NCBI GenBank assembly: GCA_036785375.1
Contig: JAWMAR010000114.1
Location: 744,001-808,000 of the forward strand
DNA from: Leucoraja ocellata
Taxonomy: Eukaryota
Direction: 5' to 3'
Length of the DNA: 64,000 bases
Position 1 is the stretch's first letter. Every line of letters begins with the position of its first letter. The notes below the pieces were generated by a model that was not told the DNA's origin, searched no databases, and worked only from the letters and a program-made list of their open reading frames with translations. Shown piece after piece: positions 12,957-25,260 of the stretch. The translations under genes and the position numbers were made by a program.

Positions 12957-13840
12957 ATACATTTAATAGAAATGCAACAAAAAATTCCTATTTCCCACTT
13001 TGTCAAGTCATTCTGTTCACACCTTTGAACTTAATGTATTCTCATTTATTGCTGCTTCCTGAGGTGGAACTTGACAGTGTGCAACATGTGTCTAGTTTAA
13101 GTTGATCTTAAAACATTCCTCAAGTATCTGATGTTACCTTTGTGACTTAAATGCTATTTAAACCCTCAAACTTGTCTTCATTACCTTACAGTTCTGATCT
13201 ATGGACTGCTTTTATGATACCATTATGTACTTTGGTTTTGCACCACTATGTATTACTTTTATTAATTTATGATATTATTGATTATATGTTATCCTTGTGC
13301 TATTGCTTTAGTATTGTGTAAAACTGGCAAATAAAAGTGTCATTGTTCCGTTGCATATGACAATTAAAAACTTTTGATTGTTGACTAAAACTTGATTCCC
13401 TTGTTAAGTATTTTCCTCAACATATACCATCTACTGAGTTTCAAAATACCTTTTATCTGCTGTAATATGGAGCCCTCGCCAAGTCTAGATCATTGGTACT
13501 AAGGTGGAGATGGTTGAGAGCTTCAAGTTACTTGGTGCAAATATCATCATGAATTTCTTGGTGATTTCATGAAGGAACAAGCAGTTCCTTGTTAATTAAC
13601 CAAGAATTTGTCCTGGTCCAATCACATTCAGGCCAAGAAAGCACACTAACAGAGACGGGGAACTGCAGATGTTAGAAACTTGAGCAAAAAACAAAGTGCT
13701 TGAGGAACTCAGCAGATCAGGCAGCATCTGTGGAGGGAATGGATAGTCACCATTCTTTACCAGTACCTCCACTTACTCAGAAGACTAAAGAAATTCAGCA
13801 TGATTCCAATGACTCCTCCTTCCAATTTTTATAGATGCAT

Positions 13841-14259
13841 CTGTGTTTCCACTTTGAAGGAAATTACCCGAAATTCGAGAAATTCTGGTTGTCTTCGGGT
13901 AATTTTAGCTAAATTAAAAAATCTCGGGAAATTTCCGCATCTGGCCCGCGAAGGGGTCCAATCCGGCCTGCTGGATTATTTTCGGGGAAAAAGTATATTT
14001 ACGACCATCTGCCTGCGCAGTTGGGGCCCGTCAGCCGCGTCACAATTGAATATGGCGCCGGTGACGTGGTAGGAATGCAAAACTGACGCCGTCTTCCCAA
14101 GCGTGCGCAGTTGTGGCGGCTGTGAGCTCAGTATCCGCGCGTGCGCAGTTAGGGCAGCAGGCGCAGCGGCGCAGTCGGGAATTTCAGGAAATACCATCAA
14201 ATTCCAGGAAATATGGGATTCTATTTAAGGAAAACATTTTTTGAGGTGTGGAAGCACTG
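13841..14259. mobile_element. Non-autonomous hAT-like MITE
   Basis: Imperfect TIRs CTGTGTTTCCAC and GTGGAAGCACTG; 8-bp TSD AGATGCAT/AGATGCAC; interrupts an L2-like fragment. Confidence 0.8.
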
Positions 14260-14934
14260 AGATGCACCTTAGAAAGCATCCTACTGGATGCATCACAATT
14301 TGGTTTGGCAAGTGCTCTGCCCAAGACCACGGGAAATTGTAGAGCGTTGAGGATGCAGTCTATCACATAGACCAATCTCCCATGATTGACTCTTGTCTAT
14401 GCTTCACGCTACTTAAGGAAAGTGGCCAACATAACCATGGACTACTCGCACCCCAGTCATTCCCTCTTCCCCCTACTCCCATCAGTCAGAAAATACAAAA
14501 GCTTGAAAGCACATACTACCAGATTCAAGAACAGCTTCTTCTCCTGTTATTAGGTTTTTGAATTGTTCTCTCATAAACTGAGAATATGTTCTCAATCTCC
14601 CAATTTAGCTCATTGTGGTATTTGCACTTTTCTAATCTGCATTTTCCCTGGTTTGATTGTAATTATTTTTGGATGACTTATCTGGATAGCATGCTAAACA
14701 AAGGTTTGACTGTATTTTGGCATACATTACACAAATAAACCAATACCAAACAACTACAATACCAAATATAGCACAATCACATTCAAACATGCATTTCAAC
14801 CAACTAGATTGTGATGAAGTATCCACAGTGAATACCATGGGACACGGAGGGAACAATTTAGCAGAAAATGGACCCTTCTTCCACCTGATTTCCTCCAGCA
14901 CTTTGTGTCTTTTGCAAACTAGCATCTGGAGTTT

Positions 14935-16462
14935 TTCTCTTGTACTCCATGTACACTCATGACTGCAGCCATGTAGCAATCAGGTCCACAACCAGCGCGG
15001 AGAAGAAGCGCCAACTCCAGCCCAACTCCCGCCGGGCCAACCGACAGCCCTGGATCAACGGGACATCGGCCCCGCGCAGTGGTGACCCAGGCCCACAGCC
15101 AGCGCGGAATAGAAGCCACCACAACAGGCCGGCGCCCCGACAGTCCAGAGCCACCCCGGACATCCCCGGCCGCCCCCGGACAGGGCACCCGGGAGGGGAC
15201 AGGGACGGCCCAGCAGCAACTCAACAGTGTGCACAACACCAGAGACCCAGGCCCGATCCCGACCAGACAAAATGCAGCAGCACAGCCGCCGAGAATGTTT
15301 ATCGCAAGTGAACCATGACCTGGGCATGCGTAGTCGGAATACCGAACTCGCTTATTAAATTAACAAATTAGCAGATGACACCACCATTGTAGGGCAGATA
15401 TCAAATAATGATGAGACGGAGTACAGGAAGGAAATCGAGAACCTCGTGTCCTGGTGTTGAGACACCAACCTTTCTCTTAATGTCAGCAAGACAAAGGAGA
15501 TAGTGACTTGAGGAAGTGAAGCGGTACACATACCCCACTTTGCATTGACGGCATCAAAGTAGAGATGGTTGAAAGCTTCAAATTCCTCAGAGTAAATATC
15601 ACCAAGAACTTTTCCTGGCCAATATTATTGAAGCAATGGCCAACAAAGCACACCTGTGACTCCACTTCCTTAGAAGGCTTAGGAAGTTCGGCATGACCCC
15701 GACAACTCTCACCAACTTCTACAGATGCACAGTAGAAAGCATTTTATCGGGATGCATCACAACATGATTTGGGAACAGCTCCATCCAAGACCGCAAGAAA
15801 TTGCAGAGAATTGTGGACGCAGCCCAGACCATCACACAAACCAATCTCCCTTCCATTGACTCCACCAGCATAATCAAGGATGAGTTGCATCCTGGCCACT
15901 CCCTCTTCTCCTCTCCCATCGGACAAAAAGTACAAAAGTATGAAAAATCACACCTCCAGATTCAGAGACAGTTTCTTCTCAGCTGGTATTAGGCAACTTA
16001 TCTTGCACTAAATGTTATTCCTCAGTCACCAGTTAAACGCCAGTCACCTCCCCCCCCCCCCCCGATTCCGATATCTGCACAGCCAATGTTCACCAAGCAC
16101 TTTAGCTTCTGTTGTCCCTTCAGCTCTCGCTTCTCTTTACCTTCATTTCACTTCACTTTTGGAATTTTAAAGTTGGGTACATGTCTCTCACACTTACCCC
16201 AACCTCCACAATTTTTTTCAGCGCAGAAATTCAACATTTTGGCGGTTTTTAACAGGTAGGAAAGTACGCGTTTCTTGCATTAATAACATATACCGGAAGT
16301 TACGGATGTCCTCCAGATGGATTGAGCAGCTCCGTGCCTCAAGCCCTATGACCCAGTGACCTTACGTGCAACCTCCCCTATTGTCTTTTCGCTGACTGGT
16401 TAGCACACACCAAAAGCTTTTCACTGTACCTCAGTACACGTGACAATAAACAAAACTCAAAC
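14935..16462 (+). mobile_element. L2/Rex-like LINE RT and 3' fragment, interrupted by MITE insertions
   Basis: LYSMYTHDC, then (after the MITE) NKLADDTT, KFL, LQRIVDAAQ motifs; AATAAA tail near 16445. Confidence 0.75.
14975..15357 (+). mobile_element. Truncated copy of the foldback MITE at 20484-21119
   Basis: Shares the right end GAATACCGAACTCGCTTATTA and the internal CCCCGGACATCCCCGGCC. Confidence 0.75.
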
Positions 16463-16464
16463 TC

Positions 16465-17270
16465 TTACATAGAAACATAGAAAATAGGTGCAGGAGTAGG
16501 CCATTCGGCCCTTCGAGCCACCGCCATTTGATATGATCATGGCTGATCATCCAACTCAGTATCCCATCCCTGCCTTCTCTCCATACCCCCTGATCCCTTT
16601 AGCCACAAGGGCCACATCTAACTCCCTCTTAAATATAGCCAATGAACTGGCCTCAACTACCTTCTGTGGCAGAGAATTCCACAGATTCACCACTCTCTAT
16701 TTAAAAAATGATTTCCTCATCTCGGTCCTAAAAGTCTTCTCTCTTATCCTTAAACTGTGACCCCTAGTTCTGGACTTCCCCAACATCGGGAATAATCTTC
16801 CTGCATCTAGCCTGTCCAACCCCTTAAGAATTTTGTACGTTTCTATAAGATCCCCCCTCAGTCTTCTGAATTCCAACGAGTACAAGCTGAGTCTATCCAT
16901 TCTTTCCTCATATGAAAGTACTGCCATCCCAGGAATCAGTCTGGTGAACCTTCTCTGTACTCCCTCTATGGCAAGAATGTCTTTCCTCAGATTAGGAGAC
17001 CAAAACTGTACGCAATACTCCAGGTGCGGTCTCACCAAGACCCTGTACAACTGCCGTAGAACCTACAATAAACAAAACTCAAACTCTTACATAGAAACAT
17101 AGAAAACCGAGCCGTTCAGACGAGCCGTCTGAAGAAGGGTTTCGGCCCGAAACGTTGCCTATTTCCTTCGCTCCATAGATGCTGCTGCACCCGCTGAGTT
17201 TCTCCAGCTTTTTTGTGTAACCTGCCGTAGAACCTCCCTGCTCTTATACTCAAATCCTTTTGCTATGAAC
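16465..17270 (-). mobile_element. CR1-type LINE 3' fragment
   Basis: ORF 16697-17050 (RPHLEYCVQFWSP..RRLRGDLIETYKIL); (TTTCTATG)n tail. Confidence 0.9.
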
Positions 17271-17359
17271 TTCATCTACTCTGTTTGGATAGCATGCAAA
17301 ACGAAGCTCTTCACTGTACCTCTGCATAGGTGACAATAATAAACCTAAAGCTCAGTACA

Positions 17360-17725
17360 GGTGCTGAGGTTGGCGCCTGCGCCGCTGGGCACGGGCGTCA
17401 GTACGCAGGCGCATGGCCCGAGGGCGGCCGTTGGGAGGTGACGGGCGCTCGAGCCCGCGACATTTGGCAAAGGGGTTTAAACGCCTGAATCTAAACGGGA
17501 AAATGTGTCATCGCCAGCACTGGCTACAAACGCTTTAATACAATAAACATACAGCAGTCACACAGCCGCGTCTTTACCTCTTCAGGGAACACTTTGAGGG
17601 GAACATTGTCGACTGTTTACATGGATCACGCTGCGGGAGCCGACTTCCGGGGGAAGTGACGTCCACGGTGCGCTCCTATTGGCCGGAAGCGGCAATGGCG
17701 GGAGAATTAGTTTAATGGCGGCCGT
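17360..17725 (+). promoter_or_regulatory. GINS1 CpG-island promoter with E2F, ETS, CRE, CCAAT, NRF1-like and YY1-like motifs
   Basis: TTGGCGCC near 17370; TACGCAGGCGCA near 17402; GGAAGTGACGTC near 17652; ATTGG near 17678; CCGGAAGC near 17683; TGGCGGGAGA 17696-17705; AATGGCGGCC near 17714. This set is typical of S-phase replication genes. Confidence 0.7.
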
Positions 17726-17900
17726 TTGTGTCTGTGTGAGGGAGCGAGCGGTGGAGCGGCCGCTTGTGTCTGTGTGAGGGAGCGAGCGGTGGAGCGGCCG
17801 CTTGTGTCTGTGTGAGGAGCGAGCGGTGGAGCGGCCGCTTGTGTCTGTGTGAGGGAGCGAGTGGTGGAGCGGCCGCTTGTGTCTGTGTGAGGGAGCGGCG
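17718..17900 (+). repeat. 38-bp minisatellite, about 5 copies, in the GINS1 leader
   Basis: Unit GCGGCCGCTTGTGTCTGTGTGAGGGAGCGAGCGGTGGA starting near 17718, 17756, 17794, 17831 and 17869. Confidence 0.95.
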
Positions 17901-17953
17901 GCGGCCGTGTGAGGGAGGGAGAGGCCTGCAGAGAAAACCTCTGGTGGGAAGTG

Positions 17954-18028
17954 ATGTTTTGTGAAAAAGTGGTGGAGCTGATCCGGGAGCTGCAGCGCGC
18001 TACGGATGGACAACTGCCTCCATTCAAT
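17954..18028 (+). CDS. GINS1: GINS1 (PSF1) exon 1
   Basis: MFCEKVVELIRELQRATDGQLPPFN, then GTGAGT donor; matches the PSF1 N-terminus. Confidence 0.97.
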
Positions 18029-20357
18029 GTGAGTGAACAACCAGGCTATTCACCGAAGATAGACACAAAATGCTGGAGTAACTTAGCGGGTCAGGCAGAA
18101 TCTCTGGAGAGAAGGAATGGGTGATGTTTTGGGTGCAAAGGAAGAATGATTTCCAGATGTTTAACTGCTGGATCAATGTAGATTAAGATAATTCTAAACA
18201 CTACAGAGCAGTAATCCACGGACTACATCCAAAGTTGAAGCAAAAAATCCCCAAAACATTGAAGGAATGTTGTGTGCCCATTCCCTCCATAGATGCTTCC
18301 TGAGTTCCTCCAGCACTTTGTAAGAGTTCCATTGTCGGTAATTAAACACCCCATGGCTCTTGTTTTTTGCCTGAAATTCCAGCATGTACTGTTCCTTGTG
18401 TCCCCAATCCCACATCTGAAGAAAGGTCTCTACCTGAAACATCACCCATTCCTTCTCTCCATAAGATGCTGCCTGTCCCGCTGAGTTACTCCAGCTTTTT
18501 GTGTCTATCCCACATTTAACTATGTTTGCAAAGCATTGACATTACAGGTCAATGTTGAGGTTTGAAGTTGTCTTTAGATATTTTCTCACAGTAAATCCAG
18601 TAAGTGGTATAAAGGCATTTTTGTAGTCTAGTAATGTCCAATATATAATCGAGATTTGTAAATTCTGGATATAACATTGAGGCCCCCTTGTGGAAAAAAT
18701 GTTTAAGCCAGTTGTAATCATTTCTCTAATACCAAATAACCAGAGTCAAGAGTGTTTAATTCTCGTAACAACGGGACAATGAAATTCTTACTTGCAGCAA
18801 CTTTACAACCTGTAAATGTAATATATATAGATAATATAAAATAAACAAATTCAGTAATTTAATAACCATAATACTGGTGGGAAAAATATTCCCAAAGTCC
18901 TTAGTGCAACCAAAGACAGTGCAGCGAAGTTCATTGTTGAGGTTAATGTTGTATAATGCTCAAGAATTTGATGGTTGTTATGAAGAAGCTGTTCATGAAC
19001 CTGGTGGTCACAGTATTCAGACTCGTGCACCTTCTTTCTGATGGTGGTAGCGAAATGGCAGGGTGGCCAGGTTCTTTGATGTTTCTTGCCTTTTTGAAGA
19101 AGCTCCTATCGATCCTTTTGATGGTGGGGAGGCCACTCTCTGTAGTCCCTTTCATTCCTGGGCGTTCGAGTTGTAACAATTGATGACGACTTTGTAGTCG
19201 CCAACAAAATGACAGCTCTCGTCTTAGAAATCCTTGTGTTTTGAAATTTTTATGGACAGCAGTTGTAATTGAGGTACGTCAAATTTGGATTGAGAGAATT
19301 TGACAATCCTTGATTATAGCTCAGTTTCTCATTCAAAAGTCACAAGGATCATGTGTAATGAAGTTTTTTGAAGCGTCCCTTCCTCTGAACTTTTCTACTT
19401 GCTCTATAATTGTGTTGCCATATGTTTTAATTAGTTACTAGTTGAATGTTAAAGAGCCATGGTAACCAGCCTGTTTGCCGGATCTGGGACAGAATTTTCT
19501 GACCAGTGTTTCATTTAACACTGACATTTTAATGACTTATTCAAAAGTATCTATTTTGTTTTAAAAGTCATTTGATCAGTCTGTTAAAGAGATAGCACTC
19601 GTATGCCCACTATCTCCTTTTAAAATAAATTATTCTTGACGAAATCTCACCCTGAAATTAGCTAAATAATTGAATGATTTTTTTTTTCTGAACCACTAGT
19701 CTAACTGTAAATAATTCCTGCTGATTGTGAAGGACCAGATGTTCTGGCATAATTTAAAACTTCACTTCTGAATTAGATTTCCTCTTCAATGCACTTCTCA
19801 TCAGTTTCCACATTTTTATGGTGGTAACGTTCTTAAATAATCTGCTTGCAATCGGATTTTTCAATGAGTTATAGTACTTATAGAAAAAGATATTAAGTTA
19901 AAAAAAAGTATTGGAACGAAGCTTTAAATCTAAGTACCATGTAACAAATACCATGAAAAGGATGGAACAAAGGCACCAGCACATTGGGTCAACTGCAATC
20001 TTTCTCAGTGCAGTGAATTATTTGTATATCCACGTGGTAGTTAGTTAATAATTATGTAAATATCTGAGCAAGATGACACCTGAGCATGGCAGCTCTTTGC
20101 GTGTTGGTCCCAGAAGAGGTTCTGCTAGCATACATTACGATTGCTCCACTCTTTTAAACCTTTATTTCATAACAACATTTCTTACACTAACTATGTTATC
20201 CTGTGTACGGCTTGACTATAATTATGTAGTTATTTCTTTGACTTGATAACACACAGCAAAAAGCTTTTTGCTGCACCTTAGTAAACATGATAATAATAAA
20301 ATAAAATAAAAATTGACAAATATCTGGCTACCTCAAATAAAAATCTGCTTCTTATAG

Positions 20358-20422
20358 GAGGATGGTATCAGAGAAGTCCTTGAAGAGATGAAGGCCTTAT
20401 ACGAACAGAACCAAAGCGATGT
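20358..20422 (+). CDS. GINS1: GINS1 exon 2
   Basis: TAG acceptor; EDGIREVLEEMKALYEQNQSD(V); GTAAGT donor; 65 nt. Confidence 0.97.
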
Positions 20423-20483
20423 GTAAGTTTATTTAATATTTTCTCCAAGCTTTCACTCTGAAATTATGTGAACCGTTTAAGTA

Positions 20484-21119
20484 ATAAGCGAGTTCGGTAT
20501 TCCGAAAAAAGCAAGGAATCATGGGATCTGTCAAAGGTCACACGCGATAAACACTCTCGGCAACCGTGTCGCCACATGTACACAGACCTGCGCCTCATCT
20601 GCAGTCAGAATCGAACCCGGGTCCCTGGTGCCGCAAGCACTGCTGAACCATCAATGGGCCCCAGCTCAACTCTGCCTGTCCCGCCGGGTCAACAGACAGC
20701 CCTAGACCTAAGGGACACCAGCCTGTCGCTGCGGCAGCCCAGGCACACAGCCAGCGAGGAGAAGGCAACTCCATTGCTCCCGGCTGGTGTCCTGTCAGTC
20801 CGGGGCCGTCTGTTAACCCGGCGGGACAGGCAGAGTTGAGCTGGAGCCAGCGCCTCCACTCCCCGCGAACCGCAAACCTGGGCCGCCACTCCCGTCCGAC
20901 TCCCGCCAGCCATGGGCCACCCCGGACATCCCCGGCCACCCCCAGACAGGGACGGGACAATCGGCAGGGGACGGGGACGGCCCAGCATCAACTCGACAGC
21001 GCCACCGACCACGGACGAAACGCAGGTCTGCACCCATGCAGCAGCATGGTTGCCGAGCGTGTTTATCGCGAGCAACCCATAACCAGGGCATGCACAGTCT
21101 GAATACCAAACTCGCTTAT
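20484..21119. mobile_element. Foldback MITE with TA flanks (Tc1/mariner-like signature)
   Basis: TA|ATAAGCGAGTTCGGTATTC ... GAATACCAAACTCGCTTAT|TA, plus internal inverted repeats. Confidence 0.8.
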
Positions 21120-21331
21120 TAAACCTCTAAGTATATGAGGTTTGCTTTGCAATTATTTCCCTGGGTTACAATGTTCTGTTCAAAGGCAATGTTTAAACCA
21201 TTCAATATGAAGCTTCACTGTAAAATCAAATGCTTGGTATTACTCCCATGTCAGGTAATGAGCAGTCACTGCTGTCAAGAGAGTCACGAGTGTTTTATTG
21301 TCATATGTCCTGAAATGAAACCATCACATTC

Positions 21332-21874
21332 GGAGGCTGCTGCGGAGTCGGAGGCTGCTGCGGAGTCGGAGGCTGCTGCTGCGGGTCTGCGGAGAGCGGC
21401 GCCGGGAGCCCGCGGCTCCTCTGGAGAGAGACCACTTTTCGGGGCTTCTGCAACGGCGAATTCTCCCGCCCGAGTTGCGGGGTCGAAGAGCTCCTGGAGC
21501 GGGGCCTAACACCATTGCCCCGCGCGGCTGGAACAGCTGCGGGACTTTACGAGCGCACACCGGGGGCTCCAACACCAAGACCCGGTGTGCGACCTCGCAC
21601 CACCCGGCGTGGCTTCAATGGCCGCGGGACAATCGCCATCGCCAGCCGGGGGCTTTGACTTTGACTCTGACATCGGGGGGGGGGAGAGTGCAGTGGAGAG
21701 ATAAGTTTTTTTGGCCTTCCATCACAGCTATGTGATGGATGTTTATGTAAAATTGTAATTGTGTTGTGTCTGGGTCTATTTGTGTGTAATGTATGGCTGC
21801 AGAAACGGCATTTCGTTTGGACCTCTAGGGGTCCAAATGACAAATAAATTGACTCTTGACTCTCTTGACTCTTG
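21332..21874 (+). mobile_element. GC-rich non-autonomous retroposon with L2-like tail
   Basis: ACATTC TSD at 21326-21331 and 21875-21880; AATAAA plus (TTGACTC)n tail; 18-bp tandem unit at the 5' end. Confidence 0.75.
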
Positions 21875-22462
21875 ACATTCCTGCTTGCAACAGCGCAACA
21901 TGTGACGTTGCCACTTTCTTACTGCAGTCATAGACTGTGCTGAGACAGGAATGTATTTTACTTCAAACATCTGGCCCCGGGGTCATGATCCAGCCTGGAT
22001 CTCTGGCTTGTGAGGTAGCAGCTCTTCCTGGCTGCGCCATCATATCACCCAATGTCCTTCAAAAGTCATGATTGTTAATATATAGTGATTGTTGTATGTA
22101 GTTAATATATGAATGGAAACGGGAATGTCAAAGAAGAATGACAATGAACTAGAAGTTAGTAAAATCTTTGTTTTTAGCGAGAGCAAGATGGACCAGCGAG
22201 AGCAATGGGGGGACCGGCGGAGGATAGTGGTGAACATTGGGGAGTGCTGACAACAAATGGGGAACTGTTGGGGGACGAGGGCCTGCTGCCACGTGTGGCA
22301 ACAGACAGTGGATAGGACTGTTCAGTACTTCTGTACCATTGTCGGTGCCAACACGTGGCTCCACTTGGGTATTGCCCAGGTTGTATGCAAAGTTAAGCTT
22401 TTCACTGGGTACATGTGACAATCAAATGTCATTTATTAAAGTAGTATTCTTTATTTTTGTAG

Positions 22463-22561
22463 AAACGAGGCTAAATCAGAAGAAAAGACTGACTTAATCC
22501 CAACGATAAAGTTTCGTCACTGCTGCTTGCTGAGGAACAAACGCTGCATTTTAGCATACCT
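22463..22561 (+). CDS. GINS1: GINS1 exon 3
   Basis: [32 protein letters not shown](L), containing the conserved RNKRC motif; AG/GT boundaries; 99 nt. Confidence 0.97.
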
Positions 22562-24398
22562 GTATGTTGCAGTGTGTAAGTTATATCGGGGACCCTGTGC
22601 TTTCTAGTCATAGGGTTTCTAATCGCCAGTGCTCTGTGATCTATTATTTTAAGGAATTTTTTTGGACACTACTGCTGTTTAGTTTCTGTCTACTGTTTTC
22701 CAGATACTTCCCACTTTGGCTTCATTCTTGTTGCACGCCAATAAATTCAAATGTTAATTTATTCCATCCTCAGCTTGATTAGATTAATGACATAATCTAA
22801 CATCGTGTGCACGGAGTAATCCTGGGATTTTAAAGGGTTTATTAACCATTTAAATCTACTCGCCAAAATCCACTTCTTAACAAAATATACAGAGTTGGAC
22901 AAATAGAAGAGATGCATTCATAAAGTCCTGGAATTTATGAACTTATCTCTTCTATTGTCCTACTCTATTCTTTTATGAAATGAAATCGGGTAATGTGGGT
23001 GGGCATTCTCTGGGGTCTTTTCTAATGGTGATTTTTAAAGTATAAACAATACAAATATACATTTATCTTGTAAATGTCAAAAGTTTTTTTTGTCGCATAA
23101 TACTGAACAGGAGAGCAGCGAGGCATTGGTGATGGTATTGGAGAGATTTGTACACAGCTTTAAAAACAGGAGAAACAGTAAAATTAAGGTTTGATTTGGG
23201 AAAGATCTTAAATGTTTTGACTGCAAGATTAGTTCAACATGAGAGTGGAGTGCAATGTGTAATCATGAAACACAAGTATAGCCTGGACCATAGGCGTCCC
23301 TTGAGGTGCAGTGATTCAGCTGGATGTGTTTTAATGCAATAAAATAAACTGCTGTAGGAACTCAGCTGGTCAACCAGCATCTGTGGTGGAAAAGGAATTC
23401 AGGTCAAGGTTTGTATCGGGCAGTTCTATTGTGGTTTAATATTGCTTCGAAGTAGGATCTTCCAAAACCTTTGATATGTGCATTAGCAGCTTCCTGTGTC
23501 ATAACAATTCCACAACTAATCCTTTAGTAAATTTATCCCCCTGAGTTATTAACCTCACTGCTAAGAGTGTGGACTCTTCAGCTAGGTTAATGAAAACTTG
23601 GATGAGAGTTTCCACTGTAACTGACAGTATATTATTAAACTGAATATCTACATTATGCGCTTCCCACAAAGTTTGCATCCTTGTTTCCTCTTTGCAACTG
23701 TGAATTACTAATTCATAAGGATATAAGAAAAGATAAGCAGGGTAGGCTTCTCTTAATATACCCACAGTGATTAGTCTCCACGGTCCTCTGGGGTAGACAA
23801 CTCCAGATACTCTCCACCCTCTGCAAGAAGTTGTCCTGAAGCACCAGGTCTAAAATGACCGCCCCAAATCTTGCAACAGTGTCCTCTCATTCGAGCTTCT
23901 CCCACTGGTAGAAACATTTTGATATCAACTCTGTCCTAAGGATCTTGTATCGATTATAAGATGCCCCTTATACATTTATATTCTTTAGAATTTAAAATAA
24001 ACGTATTTAACTGCTCCTGATAATTCAGTCCCTTCATCCCAGGAATTAGCCTTGTGAATCTCTTTTAGACGTTCTCCAATCCCAGTATATTCTGCCATAA
24101 AGACAGTCATAACTGTACTTCAGATGTTCAACTGTAATAATATTTTACTATTTCTAAACTCCAACACTTTGCCATAAAAAACAAAATGCATTTGGCTTCT
24201 GAAACAATTGCTCTCCCTGCCTGCCCTGAGATTCATGGATCAGAACACCTGGATAGCATGTACATCCCTTGTCTGCAGGTTTTCTCCATTTAGATAATAC
24301 ATGTTCTTACATTTGGGAAAACTATTACAATACCTGTGCCTTCTAAAGGAAATAATTTGCGTTGGGGGAAAAGTGATCAAAAGGCTTCTCTTTGGCAG

Positions 24399-24489
24399 GT
24401 ATGACCGTATGCTACGAATTCGATCCTTGAGGTGGGAATATGGAAGTGTCCTGCCATCAGAAATCCGGTTCCATTTTGCTCCTGAAGAG
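24399..24489 (+). CDS. GINS1: GINS1 exon 4
   Basis: [30 protein letters not shown]; AG/GT; 91 nt; phase consistent. Confidence 0.97.
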
Positions 24490-25143
24490 GTAAATTGTTT
24501 TTGGACAACCTAAAGGCTCTCAGGCCCATCCTGTGTACTACCCTCTTGGATCCCTTTAATATGCTAAAGGTTCATTTAATTGCATTTTCATAGAACTGTA
24601 GAAATGAGAGTACGGATGTAGCCAGCTTGAGCTGTGCCTGCTATGTATCCTTGGGTCCAATTCCCTGTTCTTATCCTGAGACCTTGCTATATATTTCCCC
24701 ATGTTATCTATTTAGCCTTTTTAATTATTATGACCAACCAGTTCCAAACTCTGATATGCAAATGTCTTTTGTGTCCTTTAATGCTCTGTGTTAATGCTAT
24801 CCCCTTTTGTTGGTTACAACACTGCAATCAAAATTGGGCTGCCTAATAGCCAGCAATTAGGGTGCCGCAGTGGTAGTTGCTGTCTCACAGTGTCAAATAC
24901 CCAGATTTGATCCTGACTATGGGTGTTGTCTGTGCAGAGTTTGCACATTCTCCCTATGACAACATGGGTTTTCTCCGGTTTCCTTCCACATTCCAAAGAC
25001 GTGCAGGTTTGTAGGTTAATTGGCCTCTGTAAAAATTATCCCTAGTGTGTCGTTTAGAACTTGTGTGGGCTGATGGCCAGTTTTCACACTATCTATTTTA
25101 GTAATACTTTTTTTAATTGTGTTTGGTTTCTTCTTCCCCACAG

Positions 25144-25260
25144 ACAGAGTGGTTCAATCAGTATAAAAAGTCACTGGCCACTTATATGAGAGCCATTGGA
25201 GGAGATGAAGGGCTGGATATAACTCAAGATATGAAACCACCAAAAAGTCTATTCATTGAG
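25144..25260 (+). CDS. GINS1: GINS1 exon 5
   Basis: [39 protein letters not shown]; CAG/GTAAGT; 117 nt. Confidence 0.97.

Noticed and set aside
16020-16380. Possible DNA transposon inserted in an L2 tail
   Set aside because: Only one candidate end is visible, and no TIR pair or TSD could be confirmed
17718-17900. CRISPR-like array of 38-nt repeats
   Set aside because: Units are contiguous with no unique spacers, there are no cas genes, and the context is vertebrate; it is a minisatellite
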